A stretch of 23,846 nt of DNA from Candidatus Methylomirabilota bacterium (lineage in GTDB: Bacteria > Methylomirabilota > Methylomirabilia > Rokubacteriales > CSP1-6): contig JBKPAK010000257.1 of NCBI GenBank assembly GCA_046726415.1, positions 1 through 23,846 on the forward strand, in the 5' to 3' direction. The position numbers were made by a program, and so were the translations under genes. Position 1 is the stretch's first letter. The number at the start of each line of letters is the position of its first letter. This document shows, one piece after another, positions 18,628 to 23,846 of this stretch. The notes under the pieces were generated by a model. It saw nothing but the letters and a program-made list of their open reading frames with translations. It did not search any database and had not been told where the DNA came from.

Positions 18628-18936
18628 ATGAAGACCTTCGTTGTGAGGACCGTGAGCGCTGCGATGCTCGCCGGCGCCATGATGGCCACCGGCGCGTGCG
18701 CCACGCAGGGAGCCGGCGCTCCAGGACACCAGAGTCAGGTCGACACTGACCTCGGCAGCGCCTCTCCGGCCCACCGCGCCAGGACCGGTCCGCTCGACCC
18801 TCAGGACACGGCGGGGTCGAAGTACTTCCCGAAGCCGGCCACCACGGACGAGCGGTGGGGCTTGCGAGGCATGGATCCCTCGTTCGAGGAGGGTCCCGGC
18901 CCGGAGGGTACGGATCTCGACAGCATTCAAGAGTAG
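18628..18936 (+). CDS. Small hypothetical lipoprotein (102 aa)
   Basis: RBS AAAGGAG; MKTFVVRTVSAAMLAGAMMATGA-C lipobox-like signal; polar, probably disordered remainder. Confidence 0.55.
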   Translation: MKTFVVRTVSAAMLAGAMMATGACATQGAGAPGHQSQVDTDLGSASPAHRARTGPLDPQDTAGSKYFPKPATTDERWGLRGMDPSFEEGPGPEGTDLDSIQE

Positions 18937-18992
18937 CCGCGGGGGAAGCCCGCCCAAACCCGTGGAGGCCCTCAGGGTCAAGGAGAAAAGAG

Positions 18993-19936
18993 ATGAAGTG
19001 ACAACCATGATCCGCAGGCAGAGCGATCGCCGGTCACCACGACGGATGCCGGAATTCCCGCGGCAAGCGATGAACACTCGCTCACCGTGGGCCCTAACGG
19101 GCCGATCCTGTTGCAGGATCACTACGTGGTCCAGAAGATGCCGGCGTTCAACCGGGAGCGCGTGCCCGAGCGCGTCGTCCACGCCAAGGGCGCCGGCGCG
19201 TTCGGTTACTTCGAGGTGACGGCGGATGTTACGCCGTGGACGAAGGCCGCCTTCCTCAGCCAGGTCGGCAAGCGGACGCCGGTGCTCGCCCGATTCTCCA
19301 CCGTGGCCGAGCAGGGCTATGCCGACACCGACCGCGACCCGCGCGGATTTGCCCTCAAGTTTTACACCGAGGAGGGCAACTACGACCTGGTCGGCAACAA
19401 CACGCCGGTCTTCTTCGTCCGCGACCCGACGAAATTCCAGGACTTCATCCACTCGCAGAAGCGGCTGCCCGCACGGGCCTGCGCAGCAGCAACATGCAGT
19501 GGGGCTTCTGGTCCCTCTCCCCGGAGTCGCTCCACCAGGTGACAATCCTGATGTCCGACCGCGGCACCCCCGCACTTGGCGCTACATGAACGGCTACAGC
19601 AGCCATACCTTCATGTGGATCAACGCCGGGGGAAAGCGCGTCTGGGTGAAGTACCACTTCAAGACGGAGCAGGGCATCCAGAATTTCACTGCTGCCGAGG
19701 CGAGGGCGATGAGGGCCGAGGACCCGGACTACCACCGCCGCGACCTCCGCCAGGCGATCGGGAAGACAGACTACCCCGCTTGGCGGCTCGAGATGCAGAT
19801 CATGCCGTTCGAGGACGCGGCGACCTACCGGTTCAATCCGTTCGACCTCACCAAGGTCTGGCCGCATCGCGACTACCCGCCGATCACCATCGGGCGCCTC
19901 GTCCTCGACCGCAACCCCGAGAACTTCTTCGCGGAG
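18993..19936 (+). pseudogene. Monofunctional heme catalase, frameshifted and 3'-truncated
   Basis: TTDAGIP...[13 protein letters not shown]...[17 protein letters not shown]...RFSTVA...[23 protein letters not shown]...MNGYSSHT...FDLTKVWP...NPENFFAE. Frameshifts just after ATG 18993, at ~19472 and at ~19570. The proximal Tyr region is missing. Confidence 0.88.
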
Positions 19937-20213
19937 ATGGGTGGGTGGCCGGCGTATCCGTATCGGCGCCGGGCTCCGAGCGAACTTGCCCTTGCGTGAG
20001 CATCAGGTCTACCCACCGGCCGCTCCAGTCCACCTGGCTGACGTCGGTCGGCGCAATGAGCACCCGGCGGTGGTGGAACCAATGGCCGGTGTCGACGACC
20101 AGATAGCGGATAGCCCACTGCTGATCGTCGAAGTAGAGGTCGTGGAGGTGTCCGACGTCGCCGTCGGCCGCGCCGACGTGGACGCCCATCAAATCACGAG
20201 CATGACGCAGCAT
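19937..20213 (-). pseudogene. PRC-barrel domain protein, 3'-truncated
   Basis: ATG 20213 after GGAGG: MLRHARDLMGVHVGAADGDVGHLHDLYFDDQQWAIRYLVVDTGHWF...RVLIAP. Similarity ends where the gene meets the catalase remnant. Confidence 0.72.
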
Positions 20214-20558
20214 GGATCGCGCCTCCGAATCGGACCTCCCGCTCCTCGGTGGCAACCCTCTCGTCGCCCTCAGCGGCGACCGTCGCGCCGGAGACTTTCA
20301 GCTCGGCATGGGCCGGAGGGCCGAAGCGGGGCACTGTCCACGGGAGATCCGCTTCGAGTCGCTCGCGAAGTCGCTCCATCGACCTTCCTCCCGGAGGTGT
20401 TCTGGTGTCGCCCTTCTACATCTTGAGAGGGCGGAAGGGGCGCGAATGGTTTCCGCAAGAATCGGGAAGGCCGACCGCGCAAGAAGGCGGACCTCCACGA
20501 GGAATCAGCTTTGGCGAGTCACGTCATCACCGGCGCCCGCATCGGACGGCCGGCGCCA

Positions 20559-21053
20559 TCACTGCGTCAGTGCATTTTCATCTCGCCCTGCCTGTCGGCT
20601 ACGCACGTCTTCTCGGACCTGACTCCCGCGGTAGGCGCTCGGGCTGATGCCCGTGACGCGGCGGAACACCGTGGTGAAGTGGCTGGGGGTGCGGAATCCG
20701 ACTGTGCGCGCGATCCGCGCGACCGAAAGATCGGAAGCCGCGAGCAGCGTGATGGCCGATGCGATTCGCTTGCGCACCACGAAGCGGTGGGGCGGCATGC
20801 CCGTACTGCGCCTGAACAGTCGCGCGAAGTGGTATGGGCTCATGCCGGCCACGGCCCCGAGCTGCGCCAGGGTGGGCGCCTGATCGAGGTGCGCCTCGAT
20901 GTACTCTACTACCCGCCGGAGTCGGCACCATGGGAGAGTACCGATCTCCCCCCGGGCGACCGTGGTCCATGCCGGGCCACCAGGCGTCGCGTCCGCAGCC
21001 ATCCCGCCGAGATGGCGCCCGCTGGCGCTGGTGACCGGGATCGTCGTTGTCAT
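20559..21053 (-). CDS. Short AraC-family regulator (double HTH only, no sensor domain)
   Basis: RLRRVVEYIEAHL...LAQLGAVAGMSPYHFARLFRRSTG...IARTVGFRTPSHFTTVFRRVTGISPSAYR. RBS CAGGAGG before ATG 21053. Confidence 0.85.
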   Translation of the reverse strand: MTTTIPVTSASGRHLGGMAADATPGGPAWTTVARGEIGTLPWCRLRRVVEYIEAHLDQAPTLAQLGAVAGMSPYHFARLFRRSTGMPPHRFVVRKRIASAITLLAASDLSVARIARTVGFRTPSHFTTVFRRVTGISPSAYRGSQVREDVRSRQAGRDENALTQ

Positions 21054-21400
21054 GCCGTTTCGCCTCCTGCTCACTCGTATGGATTTATCGCCCTGACGCG
21101 CGGGTCAGGGAGCGACTCGTCCACAACGGCCACAATCCCGTGTGCTGCTCGTCCATGCGCGTTCGCCGTTCCGTAAGTGGATTGGACTCCATGACGGCTA
21201 TGGTATGGAGGGGGGCGGGACGCGTCTACCCTACTTTGGTGGGGGATGGCTGCTCCCTAAGGGTGTGTGGCGGGGCCGGGGGCGGCGGTCCGGACCAAGT
21301 TAGCCTGGAGTTGCCCATTCTTGCTGAAATGACGGCTACCTTGCTCTGACCGGGCGCATCGAGGAACTGATCAATCGGATCGACGGCATAGTAGCCGACC

Positions 21401-21566
21401 GGGACCGAGGACGACGCCCAACGCATCGAGTACGTCGGGTGAACGCTGTCCGGCGTGCACGGCTGCCTCGCCGGCATCGACCTGCGCGGCGACGTCTACT
21501 GGAGCCTGATCGACAACTTCGAGTGGATCGTCGGCTACCGCCCGACCTTCGACCTGATCGCCGTCG
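21401..21566 (+). pseudogene. C-terminal fragment of a glycoside hydrolase family 1 (beta-glucosidase)
   Basis: [54 protein letters not shown] matches the GH1 consensus D..RI.Y......G.DVRGY..WSL.DNFEW..GY..RFGL. No N-terminus; internal TGA at 21440. Confidence 0.75.
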
Positions 21567-21595
21567 TCCTCGCCCGACTGGTCGTGGTGGCCACG

Positions 21596-23008
21596 CTACA
21601 GCTGGCGCATGAAAGCGACCAGCGCCGCCTTCTCCCGCGGCGTCAGCTGCACGCCGAGGACGAGGTTGAAGAACTCGACCGTATCCTCCAAAGTCAAGAG
21701 CCGCCCATCGTGCAGATATGGGGGGGAGTCCTTGATCCCACGGAGAGTGAAGGTCTTGATGGGGCCCTCGGCGTGGATCCACTGATCGCTGATCGTGCGC
21801 GGCTTGTAGAACCGCTCGACCCGGAGATCGTGCATCTGGTTGTCGATATACGAAGGGGCCGGATGACACGTCCCGCAGCGCCCCTTCCCGAAGAACACCT
21901 CCTGGCCCAGGCGCTCCTCCTCCGTCGCCCTGGCCGGATCCAGCGTTCCGAGGGGCGTCAATTTCGGTGCGGGGGGAAAATCGAACATGTTTTGCATCTG
22001 GGCCATCATGGCCACCTGACTGGCCCGATCAGGAAGGTTGACCCCTTTCTTGGCGGCGGTGACCTGGTCGCCGTCGAAGTAGGCGGTGCGCTGCTCGAAC
22101 TCAGTGAAGTCCTCGACTGATCTCAGCGAGCGCTTGGAGCCGTGGATCAGCTGATTGAACACCCCGCGCAGGCTCACCGTCTCGATCCGGAAGCGCGCGG
22201 CCTGCGGGCGATTGTCCGGATTCAGGTGGAAGGCGCCGTTGGTGTGGCCGTTGGCGTGACAGTCGAGGCAGGTGACGCCAAGGCTCTGTACGTCGGTCTT
22301 GCGGTCGTCGGTCTGGTTGAACTGCTGCTGGGGGAACGGCGTGAGCAGCAGGCGCATGCCTTCCATCTGGACGGGAGTCACGAGGCCATCCAGGATCGCG
22401 AAGTAGTTCCTGATGGTGAGGAGTTGCCCTCGCGAGACGTCGCCCAGCTCCGGCCGGGTGGTCAAGAAAACGGGGGGAGGAAACTCCGGCAGCAGATGGT
22501 CCGGCAGATCGAAGTCGGCGTCGAACCGCTCGAGCGACCGCGCTTCCTGCTTGTTGATCTCCGTGATCTCGAACGTCGGAAAGATCATGCCGCCGGTCGC
22601 GTGCTTGACGTGTGGCACCGGCAAGAAGCCCTGCGGGAAGAGATCCTTCTCGCGAATCTCATCGGGGGACATGGCGGCCAGCCGCTCCCAGGTCAGGCCG
22701 GCCGGTAATTTGACCCGGACACCTTGCTGGACGGCCCTCCGTCCACCGGACATCATCACGCCCGGGGCGGCACGATTGCCCAGGTCGTAGCGCTCGGCGA
22801 GCAGCGTCCGCTGCCGCTGCATCACGTTCGGCTTGGCCGTCTGGTCATCCGCCCGAACCTTTGCGAAGTCCTGCTCGACCACCGGCATGTACGTCTTCCC
22901 CTGGGGCGGCGGCTGAGGCGCCTGGGCCGCCCCCAGGCCATACACCAGCAGTCCCAGGCAGAGCCCACCCAATCCTGCCCACCCCAGTATCGCGGCGCGC
23001 CGTGACAT
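21596..23008 (-). CDS. Exported di-heme cytochrome c (cytochrome c peroxidase/MauG-like superfamily)
   Basis: Signal peptide; two heme motifs, CLDCH and CGTCH; KTFTLRGIKDSPPYLHDGRLLTLEDTVEFF C-terminal CCP-like motif. RBS AGGAGG. Confidence 0.87.
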   Translation of the reverse strand: MSRRAAILGWAGLGGLCLGLLVYGLGAAQAPQPPPQGKTYMPVVEQDFAKVRADDQTAKPNVMQRQRTLLAERYDLGNRAAPGVMMSGGRRAVQQGVRVKLPAGLTWERLAAMSPDEIREKDLFPQGFLPVPHVKHATGGMIFPTFEITEINKQEARSLERFDADFDLPDHLLPEFPPPVFLTTRPELGDVSRGQLLTIRNYFAILDGLVTPVQMEGMRLLLTPFPQQQFNQTDDRKTDVQSLGVTCLDCHANGHTNGAFHLNPDNRPQAARFRIETVSLRGVFNQLIHGSKRSLRSVEDFTEFEQRTAYFDGDQVTAAKKGVNLPDRASQVAMMAQMQNMFDFPPAPKLTPLGTLDPARATEEERLGQEVFFGKGRCGTCHPAPSYIDNQMHDLRVERFYKPRTISDQWIHAEGPIKTFTLRGIKDSPPYLHDGRLLTLEDTVEFFNLVLGVQLTPREKAALVAFMRQL

Positions 23009-23047
23009 GATTGATCCTCCTATTCGCCGTCCGAGAACGCCCCGGGT

Positions 23048-23515
23048 CTAGTCTCTTCGGATCTCCACGGCGTAGTGAGCCTTCAGGTAGGCGATGATTC
23101 CTTCGCCGTCTTCTCGGGAATCGGGCGGCGAATGTGACCGCTGAACGCGCTCCCATGCACGCGCACGGGCCGCCCGGGCGGAAGCTTGCTACCGCTTCGG
23201 GCCCGACGATGAACGAGTGCACGGGGATGTCCACGTGACCGATCGGAATGGTCTTGACCTTGCCGGCCGCGACGTCCGCGGCTGTGGTCGTGCCTTGTAG
23301 TGTATCCGGAATCCGGTAGGCCATCGTCATCCCACTAGGTTCGTGCCCGGGGTGATCAGAGCACGGATCCAGGACAGGTGCTTGGTCCCGTACACGCCGA
23401 ACCGTCTGGCACGACCAGCCGGACCGGGAAACGGTTCTGCATCGGCGGCGGCTGGCCATTCATCAGATCCGCCACGATGGCCCGATCGATGACCAGATCC
23501 GTCACGTCGAGGGGG
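23048..23515 (-). pseudogene. Fragments of a sulfite-oxidase-family molybdoenzyme (SorA-like) joined to a small cytochrome c C-terminus (SorB-like)
   Basis: Across frameshifts: [25 protein letters not shown] / [15 protein letters not shown] / MTMAYRIPDT...IPVHSFI, then PIPEKTAKE / IIAYLKAHYAVEIRRD* (TAG 23050-23048). Compare the consensus AY.MNG.PLP..NGFP.RLVVPG..G.YW.K.L..I. Confidence 0.62.
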
Positions 23516-23656
23516 TACAGGATCTCGGCGTCCTTTTCGCAAGAATCGGAAAGAACCCGTGCGCCCGCCCTCGACTCTCGAAGAACGCATCGCCGCGATC
23601 TCTTGCCCAGTGGCAGCTCGGCCGAAGCAGCGCGGCTCTCTACTGCGGCGGCGGGA

Positions 23657-23846
23657 TCAGACCCGAGGGTTGCTCGTCTCCGGAAGCAGCAGATGGAAAG
23701 TCAGCCCGTGATCCGCGTTGCGGCAGGCCCACAGCCGTCCTCCGTGAGCCTGAGCGATGGAACGGCCGATCGACAACCCCATCCCCAGGCCATCCCGCTT
23801 GGTCGTGAAGAAGGGATCGAAGAGCTTCTCGAGGTCATGTGCCGCA
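23657..23846 (-). CDS. Sensor histidine kinase, C-terminal HATPase_c end (5' part outside the window)
   Basis: [39 protein letters not shown]...GLTFHLLLP...RV* contains the F and G2 boxes. Confidence 0.9.
   Translation of the reverse strand, partial: AAHDLEKLFDPFFTTKRDGLGMGLSIGRSIAQAHGGRLWACRNADHGLTFHLLLPETSNPRV

Noticed and set aside
20194-20379. 61-aa ORF with a GGAGG RBS upstream of the PRC-barrel gene
   Set aside because: No recognisable family and it overlaps the PRC-barrel start; may be a relic but is unsupported.
21440-21442. In-frame TGA in the GH1 fragment as a third Sec codon
   Set aside because: Not a Cys or redox position, and it lies in a start-less degraded fragment; probably a CGA-to-TGA change.
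1-23846. CRISPR arrays, tRNA (including tRNA-Sec) or rRNA genes
   Set aside because: No regularly spaced repeats or RNA-gene signatures were seen by eye. Any Sec machinery must lie outside this window.

Overview
GC-rich bacterial chromosomal region. Gene style is reminiscent of Ca. Rokubacteria/Methylomirabilota, but that is an impression, not established. Left third (1-8.9 kb): catabolic/redox cluster with two VOC/extradiol-dioxygenase proteins, a MetE-like Zn thiol transferase, a flavin-dependent hydroxylase, a DinB-like protein, an adenylosuccinate-lyase-superfamily enzyme, an SDR and an LLM monooxygenase. Centre: an AraC/LysE pair, then the most striking element, a translationally coupled two-gene operon (11790-12973). 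Both of its genes carry an in-frame TGA exactly at the redox-active Cys position, each followed by a SECIS-like hairpin: a UxxC peroxiredoxin-like redoxin and an OsmC/Ohr-family protein, i.e. two tandem putative selenoproteins that the ORF track splits into four pieces. Further on: a 47-aa DUF3096-like membrane protein, a Tat-exported MBL hydrolase, a secreted serine hydrolase, a small lipoprotein, a short AraC regulator, a di-heme cytochrome c and the 3' end of a histidine kinase. Interspersed are many decayed relics, several apparently joined by large deletions: ABC binding protein, S8 peptidase plus MBL hydrolase, IS left end, M23 peptidase, catalase/PRC-barrel collision, GH1 fragment and SorAB-like fragment. 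A recurring intergenic motif, CGCAAGAAT-N4-AAG, may be a regulator binding site. All family calls come from motif recognition, not database searches.
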